61,321 nucleotides of DNA, filler included, from 5 parts of 5 records of this genome joined end to end with filler, not necessarily neighbours in it, one strand, 5' to 3'. Shown: positions 28,222 to 38,294, counted from the first letter of the whole stretch. Notes: generated by a model from the letters alone, not told the origin. Numbers and translations are program-made.

Positions 28222-31200
28222 ACGATTGGTCGCCAAGAAGACCCAACTATTACTAATCTATTCACCACGATCACCACACCTTTTCCCGGTGCAAGCCCGG
28301 CGCGTGTCGAAAGCCTTGTTACCGAAAAGATTGAGGAAGAGCTGAATAAAATCGCCGAAATTGAGCAGATTACATCTGTATCGCGCGAGGGCTTTTCTCT
28401 TGTGGTGGTTGAGTTGTCGCAGTTTCTCGATGATGACCAATTGGAGGCATCTTGGTCTGAAATTCGGGATGCGCTTTCTGATGCAGGGCGGAATTTTCCT
28501 GAAGGTGTACCTGATCCGGATTTTGATAATGACAAGTTTGGCGCCTATACCGCGATTAGTGTTCTGAAGCCTCGTGATGCAGGATATGTGGAGCTGTCTC
28601 AATTGCAGCGGTATTCCGAGCTTTTGCGTGACAAACTTCGGCAAATGCCAGGTACCCGACTGGTGCGTTTGTTTGGAGAACAAGCAGAGGAAGTTCTGGT
28701 AACTGTTGATGCACGGCGCTTGTCAGATTTGGGCCTTACTCCTGTAATGGTGGTTAATGCCATTCAACGTGCTGACGCTAAAGTGCGTGCTGGCCAATTG
28801 CGCGGCGACGAAAACAACTATCTTCTGGAAGTTGCAGGCGAGATCAAATCGGTTGAGCGTATTCGGCGCATACCGCTAGTAACGGAGCAAACCGGCACTG
28901 TAGTGCGGGTGGGCGATATTGCGACAATTGAGCGTGCAATTGCGCAGCCTGTTAGCAGCGTTGGTTATTCAGACGGTAAGCCAGCGATACTTGTGGGTGC
29001 TGCAATGGAGGAGGGCCTTCAGGTTGACGCATGGGTCAATGCTTTACGGGCTGAAACACAGAAGTTTGAGCAAACATTGCCGACGGATATTGAGCACAGC
29101 GTTTTGTTTGATCAAAGCCAATATACGGTCGATCGTTTAAGCGGCTTGGCTGTGAATATACTTATTGGTTCCAGCCTAGTAATTATTGTTTTATTTTTCA
29201 CGCTTGGATGGCGTGGCGCTTTCATTGTTGCTTGTATCTTGCCGTTAACAACATTGCTCTCTGTAACCGTGCTTCAATACGCCGGTGTGCCAATTCATCA
29301 AATGTCAGTTACAGGGCTTATTGTTGCGCTTGGCTTATTGGTTGATGCTGCGATTGTTATGACAGACGACATCAGGCGCCGTTTGATTAACGCGGTGCCA
29401 AGGTTGCAGTCCGTTGAACAGGCGGTTAAACGGCTTTCCGGGCCTTTGTTAGCCTCCACCGTTACCACTGTTTTGGCTTTTATGCCTATGGCCCTATTGC
29501 CAGGCCCTGCCGGCGACTTCGTTGGTTCAATCGCTATTGCGGTTATCGTGATGTTGATAGCCTCTTTCTTTTTGGCGCTAACCATAACGCCTGCGCTTGC
29601 TGGTTGGCTGTTGCCTGCCAAAGGCGAAGGCAAATCTCACGCTTGGTATGCGCGGGGTATTAAATCTGGTAAATTAGGCGATCTATTCAGCCGGTCTGTT
29701 GGTTGGGCGCTGCGCAACCGGTTGGTGGCAATGTTTGCAGCTCTTGCCTTGCCCGTTATTGGGCTTTTGTCTTTCCCAACGCTTACTTCACAATTCTTCC
29801 CGGGAGTAGAGCGTGATCAGTTCCATATTCAAATGAAGTTAGACGGTAATGCGGCAATAACTGAGACGCAGTCTATCGCGCGGCGGGCAGATGCTTTAAT
29901 TAAATCGCGGCCGGAAATTACTTCTGTAACTTGGCTAATAGGCGAGAGTGCACCGAGCTTTTATTACAACATGCTTAGCAATCAAGACAGGGTTGCCAGT
30001 TTTGCTGAAGCGCTTATTACGACAACCTCAGAAAAAGCAACACGCGATGTTATCCCAATACTGCAGGTTATGCTGGACCGTGAAATACCCGAAGCGCAAA
30101 CTTTGGTGAAGGGACTGATTCAGGGGCCACCGGTTAATGCGCCAGTTGAAATTCTGGTGGTAGGGCCAGATGTTAATATTTTGCGTGATATTGGTGAGCA
30201 AGTGCGCGCGCGGATGAGCAGAATCCCATATATTGAACATACGCGTGCAACTTTCATGGGTGGTAGCCCCAAGCTGGTATTTACTGCAAACGAAGACCAA
30301 GTGAATATGGCCGGCTTAACGCTTACGGCGGTATCTCAGCACCTTGAAGCGTCACTGGAAGGCGTGTCTGGTGGTTCGTTGCTTGAAGATACCGAAGAGC
30401 TACCCGTTCGTGTGCGCTACGATGATGATTGGCGGGAGTCTCTTGATCGGTTGCGATCAATTGATATTCCGATTGGGATGCCTGGCTCCGATCGGTATCA
30501 GGCGGTACCTCTCACATCCCTCGGCACCATTACGGTGGAGCCATCCGAGAGCCAAATTAACCGTGAGGACGGTGAACGGACCAATACCATTCAGGCTTTC
30601 ACGCCAAATGATATATTGCCGGCAGTTGCGTTAGAGGCTGTTTTGGCTGAGCTGGAGCGGGATCCTGTTCAAGTGCCAGACGGTTATACATTTGGTGTTG
30701 GTGGCGATTCTGATGAGCGTGATAGCACAGTTAACAACCTTATGGCTCCAATTGGCCTCATCATTGTGCTCACCATTGCGACCATTGTCCTAACATTTAA
30801 CAGATTTAAGCTGTCAATGATAACGGGTGTGGTGGCGATTTTGTCCATGTGTATGAGCTTGCTTGCGTTAGAAATTTTTGACTATCCCTTTGGTATCAAC
30901 GCTTTGATTGGAGTTATTGGATCAATAGGCGTTTCAATCAATGCGGCAATTATTATATTGACGGCACTGCAACAAGACGCGCGTGCAATGGCGGGCGACC
31001 TGAATCGCATTCAGGAAATTGTCATGGAGTCGAGCCGACATATTATTTCAACAACCACCACAACTTTTGGCGGCTTTCTCCCCTTGATTATTGAGGGTGG
31101 TGGTTTTTGGCCGCCCTTTGCTATGTCAATTGCAGGCGGTGTTTTGTTATCGACATCTATTTCGCTTTATTTCACGCCAGTGGTATTTACCATGATGGTT

Positions 31201-31254
31201 GCCGGTAAAGATGCAATGAAAACACCGCAGTTGACTCAGGCAAACAGTGCGTAA
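28222..31254 (+). CDS. AcrB/AcrD/AcrF-family RND efflux permease, 5'-truncated
   Basis: Frame open from the spacer (TIGRQEDP...FPGASPARVE); ALGLLVDAAIV, STVTTVLAFMP and TTFGGFLPL motifs. Confidence 0.92.
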   Translation, partial: TIGRQEDPTITNLFTTITTPFPGASPARVESLVTEKIEEELNKIAEIEQITSVSREGFSLVVVELSQFLDDDQLEASWSEIRDALSDAGRNFPEGVPDPDFDNDKFGAYTAISVLKPRDAGYVELSQLQRYSELLRDKLRQMPGTRLVRLFGEQAEEVLVTVDARRLSDLGLTPVMVVNAIQRADAKVRAGQLRGDENNYLLEVAGEIKSVERIRRIPLVTEQTGTVVRVGDIATIERAIAQPVSSVGYSDGKPAILVGAAMEEGLQVDAWVNALRAETQKFEQTLPTDIEHSVLFDQSQYTVDRLSGLAVNILIGSSLVIIVLFFTLGWRGAFIVACILPLTTLLSVTVLQYAGVPIHQMSVTGLIVALGLLVDAAIVMTDDIRRRLINAVPRLQSVEQAVKRLSGPLLASTVTTVLAFMPMALLPGPAGDFVGSIAIAVIVMLIASFFLALTITPALAGWLLPAKGEGKSHAWYARGIKSGKLGDLFSRSVGWALRNRLVAMFAALALPVIGLLSFPTLTSQFFPGVERDQFHIQMKLDGNAAITETQSIARRADALIKSRPEITSVTWLIGESAPSFYYNMLSNQDRVASFAEALITTTSEKATRDVIPILQVMLDREIPEAQTLVKGLIQGPPVNAPVEILVVGPDVNILRDIGEQVRARMSRIPYIEHTRATFMGGSPKLVFTANEDQVNMAGLTLTAVSQHLEASLEGVSGGSLLEDTEELPVRVRYDDDWRESLDRLRSIDIPIGMPGSDRYQAVPLTSLGTITVEPSESQINREDGERTNTIQAFTPNDILPAVALEAVLAELERDPVQVPDGYTFGVGGDSDERDSTVNNLMAPIGLIIVLTIATIVLTFNRFKLSMITGVVAILSMCMSLLALEIFDYPFGINALIGVIGSIGVSINAAIIILTALQQDARAMAGDLNRIQEIVMESSRHIISTTTTTFGGFLPLIIEGGGFWPPFAMSIAGGVLLSTSISLYFTPVVFTMMVAGKDAMKTPQLTQANSA

Positions 31255-31496
31255 ACCCACTTGGTAATAGCCGACTATACATGAAGTCGATGTGCTATAG
31301 CCGTTTGTTTGTTAATTTGGGTACTCTACAGGCTTTTGAAGCTAAATTTGGCCGAATAGAGTGCTTATTTCTTGCATTGAACACAAATAAAGTGTTGTTT
31401 GAGCGCCAGCCAGCTTTATAGCGCTTTTTCACCTCGTTTTGACGAGGTTTATCACTTTGGCGAATATGGAAGCCAACTAACAGCATTGAGGGAAAA

Positions 31497-32264
31497 ATGA
31501 CGACAAATATTGTAACTGTTTCAGCGGAAGAACATAAAAATCTTAAGATTAAAAATGATGCTGGAATTTCATTTTCTGAGACCATTCACATCATTCCGAT
31601 CGTTGTTTCTGAATTTGCTGATGTTGCCGCGAATTTCCCCATTGTTTTCATTAAAGATGAAAATTCAGATCGCCTGAGAGTGGCCGCTATGCTTGGCATG
31701 GAAGTCGGAAAAAATTTGTTTTTCGAAGATGGTGCCTGGCAGGCGACACACGTTCCAATGAATATTGGTCGTGTTCCTTTTTCTTTCGCTCCGCTGGGAG
31801 ACACCAAAACACTTGGTGCCGCCATTGACCTTAACCATCCTTTGGTGAGCGAAGAAGAGGGCACACCGCTTTTTGACGAGAAAGGCGAGCCAACCGATTA
31901 TTATAAGTGGGTAAACAACTTCTTGAACAATGTGTTTCAGGGCGAGATGGTTACGCAAAAATTTGCTGAAGCGATGTCAAAGCACGATTTGCTGCGCGAA
32001 TTCCATTTGCAGATTGAAGACGAATCTGGGGCAAAAAGTGAGCTTGTTGGCCTTTTCACGCCGACAGCTAACTTGCTGCAGAAGTTGAGTGATGAAGCAA
32101 TACTTGAATTGAATAAGGAAGGCTTTTTAGCCGCTATCCATATTGCCATTCAATCCTTGTCGCAGATTAAGCGTTTGGTGCAATTGAACAACAAACGCGA
32201 AGGCACCAACATTCGGGGTGTTAACATCAAAATGATCGGCGACGAACAACCAATCGTTAAGTAG
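31497..32264 (+). CDS. SapC family protein
   Basis: SEFADVAANFPIVFIK, LGMEVGKNLF, W.ATHVP...PF, LQKLSDE...GFLAAIH pattern. Confidence 0.8.
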   Translation: MTTNIVTVSAEEHKNLKIKNDAGISFSETIHIIPIVVSEFADVAANFPIVFIKDENSDRLRVAAMLGMEVGKNLFFEDGAWQATHVPMNIGRVPFSFAPLGDTKTLGAAIDLNHPLVSEEEGTPLFDEKGEPTDYYKWVNNFLNNVFQGEMVTQKFAEAMSKHDLLREFHLQIEDESGAKSELVGLFTPTANLLQKLSDEAILELNKEGFLAAIHIAIQSLSQIKRLVQLNNKREGTNIRGVNIKMIGDEQPIVK

Positions 32265-32273
32265 AAAGCGATT

Positions 32274-33764
32274 ATGGCAGAAAACTGCTGCATTCTAGCG
32301 ATTGACCAAGGCACGACCAGTAGTCGTGCCATCGCTTTTGACAAACACGGTGCAATCCTCGCGACTAGCCAATATGAATTCACCCAATTTTTCCCGAAAG
32401 ATGGCTGGGTAGAGCATGACCCGGAAGAAATTTGGGAAACCACACTCCGGGCTGTGAAAGATGTATTGAACTCGCCGCAGCTAAAAGCCAGACCAGTACT
32501 TGGTATTGGCATAACAAATCAGCGTGAAACCAGCGTGGTGTGGGACCGGCAAACCGGAAAACCTATTTACAATGCTATTGTTTGGCAGGATAGGCGCACC
32601 GCGAAAGCCTGCCGTGCCCTTGATGCAGCAGGTAACTTGGAGCTTGTTCAATCAAAAACAGGTTTGCTGCTAGACCCGTATTTTTCTGCCACCAAGGTTT
32701 CCTGGATACTTGATAATGTTGTAGGCGCAAGGGCTGCAGCTGAAGCAGGTGACCTTGCCTTCGGCACCATTGATAGCTTTTTAATTTGGCGTTTGACCGG
32801 CGGGGCAGTGCATGCAACAGATGCAACCAATGCCAGCCGTACAAGTTTGTTTAATATTGAGCAGCAAAATTGGGACGACGAGCTTTTGTCGCTGTTCAAT
32901 GTTCCGCAAACGGTTCTGCCGAAAGTGCTGGATTGTGCCGATGATTACGGTGTCACCGACCCAAAAATTTTTGGTTGCTCCATTCCAATATTAGGCGTAG
33001 CCGGAGACCAACAAGCGGCGGCCATAGGTCAATGCTGTTTCAAGCGTGGCTCTATTAAAAGCACCTATGGCACCGGATGCTTTGTACTGGTGAACACCGG
33101 CTCAGAAATTGTTTCATCAAAACACCGACTTTTAAGCACCGTAGCCTACAGACTTAAGGGTGAGACTACATATGCCCTTGAAGGGTCAATTTTTGTCGCG
33201 GGGGCAGCAGTACAATGGTTACGAGATGGCATCAGCATAATTGATGACGTTAAGCAAACTGTTCAGCAGGCAGGGGCATCAAACCCCGATGACGGTGTTG
33301 TTATGGTGCCAGCTTTTACAGGCTTTGGTGCACCATACTGGGACCCGGAGGCGAGAGCGGCTGTGCTTGGTATGACACGCGGAACGGGCAGAGAAGAGTT
33401 GGTGCGAGCAACGCTCGAATCTGTTTGTTTCCAGACGCATGACTTGCTTGATGCCATGCGCCAAGACGGTGTGGAGATTAAGCAGTTGAAGGTCGATGGC
33501 GGTATGGTTGCCAATGATTGGATGGGGCAGTTTTTGGCAGACTTGCTTGATTTGGCGGTCGAGCGTCCAACGGTTATGGAAACTACGGCGCTGGGCGTTG
33601 CCTATTTGGCAGGCTTGAAGGCTGGTTTATATTCATCTTTAGGGCAGCTAGAAGAAAACTGGAAATTGGACAAAAGCTTCACACCGGGTGTTATTGACCG
33701 TGAGAAGAAGTTGATGCGCTGGCACAGGGCAGTGGAAAGTGTGCGTTTATTTGCGCAGATATAA
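32274..33764 (+). CDS. glpK: Glycerol kinase
   Basis: [42 protein letters not shown]. Confidence 0.96.
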   Translation: MAENCCILAIDQGTTSSRAIAFDKHGAILATSQYEFTQFFPKDGWVEHDPEEIWETTLRAVKDVLNSPQLKARPVLGIGITNQRETSVVWDRQTGKPIYNAIVWQDRRTAKACRALDAAGNLELVQSKTGLLLDPYFSATKVSWILDNVVGARAAAEAGDLAFGTIDSFLIWRLTGGAVHATDATNASRTSLFNIEQQNWDDELLSLFNVPQTVLPKVLDCADDYGVTDPKIFGCSIPILGVAGDQQAAAIGQCCFKRGSIKSTYGTGCFVLVNTGSEIVSSKHRLLSTVAYRLKGETTYALEGSIFVAGAAVQWLRDGISIIDDVKQTVQQAGASNPDDGVVMVPAFTGFGAPYWDPEARAAVLGMTRGTGREELVRATLESVCFQTHDLLDAMRQDGVEIKQLKVDGGMVANDWMGQFLADLLDLAVERPTVMETTALGVAYLAGLKAGLYSSLGQLEENWKLDKSFTPGVIDREKKLMRWHRAVESVRLFAQI

Positions 33765-33789
33765 GCCTAACAATAACGAATACGGATAT

Positions 33790-34746
33790 TTACAAGCGAC
33801 CGCTTTCGTACTCTGTGCCTTGCATATCCAGTGTGATGTGGTCTGATAAGTCTTTTTGACAGACAGCCCGCATAATTTGTGCAACTTGCTTGTAAAGCTC
33901 TGCGCGGCGTGATCCCGGCCTCCAGGCTAGTGCGACACCCCTTGCGAACACAGGGCCAACAAAGTTTTTTGATTTAACATCTTGTCGAGGGGTAATTTCA
34001 GACTTTACATAGAGTGCTGGCAGAAATGCGATACCAAGGCCTGTGCCAATCATATGGCGCAGCGTGTCGAGGCTGGTGCCTTCATAGTCTCTAAGCAGGC
34101 GCGCACTGAACTGCGAAGCAATTGTTTGCATCAAGTCAAACAGTCTATGTTTTTCCTCAATTGCCAACAAGCTTTCGCCTTGTAAGTCTTTTGGCTCAAT
34201 TTCAGTTTTCTCTGCAAAGCTGTGATCTGGTGCACACACAAGAACCAACGGTTCGTTAAACAAGGGTTCAACGCTTAAATTAGGAATTTCCATTGGCAGG
34301 GTTGTAATGATGAAATCATACTCGCCGTGTAACAGGCCTACTTCAAGGTCTCTGGGTGCATTTTCCCGAATGAATATTTTAAGGTCCGGAAAAGACCGGT
34401 GAATTGTTGGTATCACTTCTGGGAGAAAGTAGGGGCCCAATGTTGGTGGTACGCCGAGCCTGTATGTTCCGATTAAACTGCCTTCCGCTTCACTGGCTAA
34501 ACGCCCAATTGAGGCAACCTGATCTAATATTGTTTCAATGTATGGTACGAACGACCGGCCAGCTGGCGTTAGCTGAGCGCCTTGGCGTGACCGTTCTAGT
34601 AGGGTTACACCCAGTTTGGTTTCCAATGTATTGATTTGTGCCGTTAATGTGGGTTGGGCAATGTCCAGCCGCTCTGCTGCGCCGCGGAAACTGCCCGCTT
34701 GGCTAACAGACAACAAGTAGCGGAGCTGTTTGATTGTTGGTTCCAT
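33790..34746 (-). CDS. LysR family regulator, OxyR-like but lacking the redox cysteines
   Basis: LysR HTH (SFRGAAERLDIAQPTLT); OxyR-like PTLGPYFLP and TSLDTLRHM; EEKHRL where OxyR has EDGHCL. Confidence 0.85.
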   Translation of the reverse strand: MEPTIKQLRYLLSVSQAGSFRGAAERLDIAQPTLTAQINTLETKLGVTLLERSRQGAQLTPAGRSFVPYIETILDQVASIGRLASEAEGSLIGTYRLGVPPTLGPYFLPEVIPTIHRSFPDLKIFIRENAPRDLEVGLLHGEYDFIITTLPMEIPNLSVEPLFNEPLVLVCAPDHSFAEKTEIEPKDLQGESLLAIEEKHRLFDLMQTIASQFSARLLRDYEGTSLDTLRHMIGTGLGIAFLPALYVKSEITPRQDVKSKNFVGPVFARGVALAWRPGSRRAELYKQVAQIMRAVCQKDLSDHITLDMQGTEYESGRL

Positions 34747-34770
34747 TAGGCATTACCTTTTACAAGCGGC

Positions 34771-34785
34771 ATAGGTAAATACTAT
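34771..34785. promoter_or_regulatory. LysR/OxyR-type binding site
   Basis: ATAG-N7-CTAT dyad (ATAGGTAAATACTAT) in the divergent LysR/SulP intergenic region. Confidence 0.65.
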
Positions 34786-34945
34786 CACAAAAATTAATAA
34801 ACAATAGATTTATTTTTTCATGAAAATCGTTAACTATCGAAGGGCGGTAGCACTTATGGCAAATGCCACAATGTCGCCGTAGGGGAAAATTTCAAAGCAG
34901 GAATAACACTCCCAATCGTTTCAATTTCTTACACAGGAGCCTTAA

Positions 34946-36592
34946 ATGGCCTTTTTTGATAAGAGTAATCTACGCGGCGATATTATGGGCGGTGTTACCG
35001 CTGGTGTCGTTGCTCTTCCACTAGCACTTGCATTCGGTGAAGCGTCTGGCGCAGGCCCAATCGCAGGTTTGTATGGCGCGATAATCGTCGGTTTTTTTGC
35101 TTCACTATTTGGCGGCACAGGCGCACAAATTTCAGGCCCAACAGGCCCCATGATCGTTGTATTTGCTGGTGTTTTCGCTGGCTTATCCGGTGATCCAAAG
35201 CTTGTTTTCCTCGCAGTTATTTTGGCGGGTGTTATCCAGATTCTATTAGGTGTCCTTAAGTTTGGGCAATATATCAAGCTTGTCCCATACCCTGTTGTAT
35301 CCGGGTTTATGAGTGGCATTGGCTGCATTATTATTGCGTTGCAAACGGCCAGACTGTTTGGTCATGAACCTGAGGGCAGTGGCACTATTCCCGCCTTAAT
35401 TTCTATCCCTGATGCGGTTGCAGACCCTAATTTCTTTGCTCTCGGATTAGGGGTTTTGACGCTGGTTATTGTGTTTTTCTGGCCGAAGTCGCTTGGTAAA
35501 TATGTGCCCGGTGCATTGGCAGCCCTTATTATTGGTACAATTATAAGCGTTATGCTTCCGGGCGCGCCGATTCTTGGCGACATTCCAACCGGCTTGCCGT
35601 CTTTAATCATTCCAACATTCACTTCCAGCGCAATGTTTATAGTACTGGAAGCTGCAATATTGCTCGCCCTGTTGGGCGCAATTGATAGCCTGCTCACGTC
35701 ACTCGTTGCGGATAACATGACGCGGACACAGCATGACTCAGACAAAGAATTGATCGGGCAGGGTATTGGTAATTCTCTCGCGGGCTTCTTTGGCGCCATC
35801 CCGGGCGCTGGTGCAACCATGCGGACAGTCATCAACATTCGCTCAGGCGGCGGTACCAAGATATCCGGCATGATTCACGGTGCTCTGTTATTCGCGGTTG
35901 TAGTAGTACTAGCCCCACTTGCGGAACAAATTCCGCATGCCGTGCTGGCGGGTATCCTGGTAAAAGTTGGCTACGACATCATTGACGTTGCCTACCTGAA
36001 ACGCGCTCACAAAGGGCCTCGCTGGGACCTCGTTCTGATGACGTTGGTTTTGGTGCTAACTGTGTTTGTAGACCTTATTACAGCGGTTGCAGTGGGTGTG
36101 GTACTTGCCGCACTCGCATTTGTTAAACAAACCGCTGACCTGCAGCTGCAAGCCATGGGCAGTATCGAGCCGCGCACTGACCACCCTGAAGAGCTTGCCT
36201 TGCTGCGCCAAACTAAAGGTCGTGTAACAATATTTGATTTTGGTGGCCCATTAAGCTTTGGCGCTGCGGCAGACCTTGGCCACCAGGTAAGAGATAAATG
36301 GAAAGACGGCCAAGCCGCATTAATTATGGACTTCTCACGTGTCCCAGACATTGATTTGTCCGCGATTAAAGCAATTGAGACAATAGCTGAAGACGCGACA
36401 GCGGCAGGCAAGCAGCTTTTGATCTCTGGCGCGTCTAAAAAAATTGATGACCTGCTCCATGGTTTGGACGTTGGTCAAAAAATCCCCGAAGCACACTGGT
36501 TTGATGAACCTAGGTCAGCCCTCCAGTATGCCCTTGAGCACCTCAAAGCTCATGATCTCGGGGACACGAGCCCCTCCGGTAAACCTGCCTAA
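34946..36592 (+). CDS. SulP/SLC26 anion transporter, BicA-like, with C-terminal STAS domain
   Basis: NLRGDIMGGVTAGVVALPLALAFG, ISGPTGPM, LGAIDSLLTS, GAGATMRT; STAS motif GPLSFG...DFSRVPDID. Confidence 0.9.
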   Translation: MAFFDKSNLRGDIMGGVTAGVVALPLALAFGEASGAGPIAGLYGAIIVGFFASLFGGTGAQISGPTGPMIVVFAGVFAGLSGDPKLVFLAVILAGVIQILLGVLKFGQYIKLVPYPVVSGFMSGIGCIIIALQTARLFGHEPEGSGTIPALISIPDAVADPNFFALGLGVLTLVIVFFWPKSLGKYVPGALAALIIGTIISVMLPGAPILGDIPTGLPSLIIPTFTSSAMFIVLEAAILLALLGAIDSLLTSLVADNMTRTQHDSDKELIGQGIGNSLAGFFGAIPGAGATMRTVINIRSGGGTKISGMIHGALLFAVVVVLAPLAEQIPHAVLAGILVKVGYDIIDVAYLKRAHKGPRWDLVLMTLVLVLTVFVDLITAVAVGVVLAALAFVKQTADLQLQAMGSIEPRTDHPEELALLRQTKGRVTIFDFGGPLSFGAAADLGHQVRDKWKDGQAALIMDFSRVPDIDLSAIKAIETIAEDATAAGKQLLISGASKKIDDLLHGLDVGQKIPEAHWFDEPRSALQYALEHLKAHDLGDTSPSGKPA

Positions 36593-36621
36593 CAACCTGC
36601 TGATTAGGTAAGGAACCGGAC

Positions 36622-36656
36622 GCCGGTCGGACGAAAGTCCGGCCGGCATTTTATTT
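36622..36656 (+). terminator. Terminator after SulP
   Basis: GCCGGTCGGAC-gaaa-GTCCGGCCGGC followed by ATTTTATTT. Confidence 0.75.
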
Positions 36657-36691
36657 GGAAAAAGGGAACCGTTGAGCGTAAACCCTTTGTC

Positions 36692-36726
36692 AAAAATAAA
36701 AGCCCCGCAAAACAATTGCAGGGCTT
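36692..36726 (-). terminator. Terminator after chrR
   Basis: Minus-strand hairpin AAGCCCTGCAA...TTGCGGGGCTT followed by TTATTTTT. Confidence 0.65.
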
Positions 36727-36758
36727 AATAATTTTAGAGATTGATATTTAAACGTTGC

Positions 36759-37451
36759 CTAGAGGCCTATGAAGGGTTGAAACAACCTTGCTTGAAAGCT
36801 TTTGAGGTTGATAGGTGCCTCCGTGACGACCAAACAAATACAATCTTCGCCTTCAGATATAAGAGGGCGGTGATCGTCTATATCATCGGCGGCCAATTCC
36901 AAATCACCCACGCCGTATTTCTGGCCTTCAACTGAATAACTACCCTGTAAAACAAGAGTGAATTCGTTTCCATTGTGGCCATGAGCAGGAATTTCAGTGC
37001 CCCCTTTTGCTTTCAACAACCAGAGTTTTTCACCGTTTTTGCTGTTGTGCAGTTTAACTTGGCGCATGCTAGGGCCCATGAAACGCCAATTCAGTTCGTC
37101 AAGCTCGCAATCAAGATAATCAGCCAATGGCTTTGGCAAAGAGCTTTGTTTTTTTGACGCTGTTTCTTTTACCAGCTTACTATCATCATCAAGCTCAGCG
37201 TCAATCCTAGCTATCAACCGGTCGTAAAAGCCTTCGCTAAACTCTGCTACATCGCTGGACTCCATCAAGGCACCGCCCATAGCCTCTGCAGAGTGAATTT
37301 TTTGCTGCAGAACCGGGTGATAACTTGCATGTGTTGCCACAAGTGCTGATTTGGCTTCACTCAAGTTGCCTGCTGCATAAGCAACAATCCATTCATCGGG
37401 TATCAAATGGCCGTCTCCGGCGTGTGAAGAATGATTTTCAGCATTCATCAA
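36759..37451 (-). CDS. chrR: ChrR family anti-sigma factor (anti-sigma domain plus cupin)
   Basis: AYAAGNLSEA...VATH anti-sigma helix; cupin PAHGHNGNEFTLVLQG...HRP...CICL; ATGA overlap with the sigma gene. Confidence 0.88.
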   Translation of the reverse strand: MMNAENHSSHAGDGHLIPDEWIVAYAAGNLSEAKSALVATHASYHPVLQQKIHSAEAMGGALMESSDVAEFSEGFYDRLIARIDAELDDDSKLVKETASKKQSSLPKPLADYLDCELDELNWRFMGPSMRQVKLHNSKNGEKLWLLKAKGGTEIPAHGHNGNEFTLVLQGSYSVEGQKYGVGDLELAADDIDDHRPLISEGEDCICLVVTEAPINLKSFQARLFQPFIGL

Positions 37452-38143
37452 AAGTCTCCTAACTCAGTACGTAGCCGTTGAAACGCAACTCGCATTCTAG
37501 ATTTGACAGTCCCAAGTGGCAGATCAAGTTGAGCTGAAATTTGGGAATGTGACAAATCTTGATAGAATGAAAGTTCTATAACGCGCCGAAGTTCCGGCTT
37601 TAAAGTATCCATCGCGGACATGATACGACTGCGATCTTGGTTTTGGATCACCTCAGTGTCAGTTTTTTCAGGGGCTTCCATCATTTGAATATGGTCGTCA
37701 ACGTCAACCTCGACATACTTCTGACGCCGAACTTTGTCGATAAACTTGTTTCTGGCAATTCGGAAAATCCATGTTGAAAGCCTGGCCTTGGCCGGGTCAA
37801 ACATATGAGCCTTTTGCCAAACAGTAACCATAACTTCCTGTGTCAGGTCCTCAGCAAGTTCATCTGCAATCTTTTGTTTCAAAAGAAATGATTTTATCCG
37901 GGGTGCAAAATGAGCAAAAATCAGGCGATACGCCTGTTTGTCACGGTTTTCTGCAACTTTTGAAACTAAAGTTTCAGGGGTGTCTGAGTTTAGGGGTGAA
38001 ATAGACGAACCCTTTTCGGATTTGCGATGGGTATTAAGTGATTGTGAAGAAAACCACTGTAGCGGATTCGAAGTCAAGGCTTCTGTTCGCATTTTCCGAA
38101 TTGTCGACTGATTATTTTTCATGAGTGTTCCGCTTGCATGCAT
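37448..38143 (-). CDS. rpoE: ECF sigma factor of the RpoE/ChrR (ECF11) type; start codon uncertain (38143, 38122 or 38092)
   Basis: DLTQEVMVTVWQKAHMFDP...STWIFRIARNKFID and LSHSQIS..LDLPLGTVKSRMR; immediately upstream of chrR. Confidence 0.9.
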   Translation of the reverse strand: MHASGTLMKNNQSTIRKMRTEALTSNPLQWFSSQSLNTHRKSEKGSSISPLNSDTPETLVSKVAENRDKQAYRLIFAHFAPRIKSFLLKQKIADELAEDLTQEVMVTVWQKAHMFDPAKARLSTWIFRIARNKFIDKVRRQKYVEVDVDDHIQMMEAPEKTDTEVIQNQDRSRIMSAMDTLKPELRRVIELSFYQDLSHSQISAQLDLPLGTVKSRMRVAFQRLRTELGDF

Positions 38144-38151
38144 GTATTTTG

Positions 38152-38176
38152 TACGCGCGCGGTATGATTTGGATCA
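38152..38176 (-). promoter_or_regulatory. RpoE(ECF11)-type autoregulatory promoter
   Basis: Minus strand TGATCC (38176-38171), 15-nt spacer, CGTA (38155-38152), fitting the known sigmaE/ChrR-group consensus. Confidence 0.8.
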
Positions 38177-38192
38177 TTTGCGTATTTTATTA

Positions 38193-38292
38193 NNNNNNNN
38201 NNNNNNNNNNNNNNNNNNNNNNNNNNNNNNNNNNNNTTAATTAATTAANNNNNNNNNNNNNNNNNNNNNNNNNNNNNNNNNNNNNNNNNNNN
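38193..38292. other. Artificial contig spacer
   Basis: N-run/TTAATTAATTAA/N-run. Confidence 0.98.
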
Positions 38293-38294
38293 CC

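Noticed and set aside
33790-34746. Calling the LysR regulator oxyR
   Set aside because: Both redox cysteines are missing, so the symbol was withheld.
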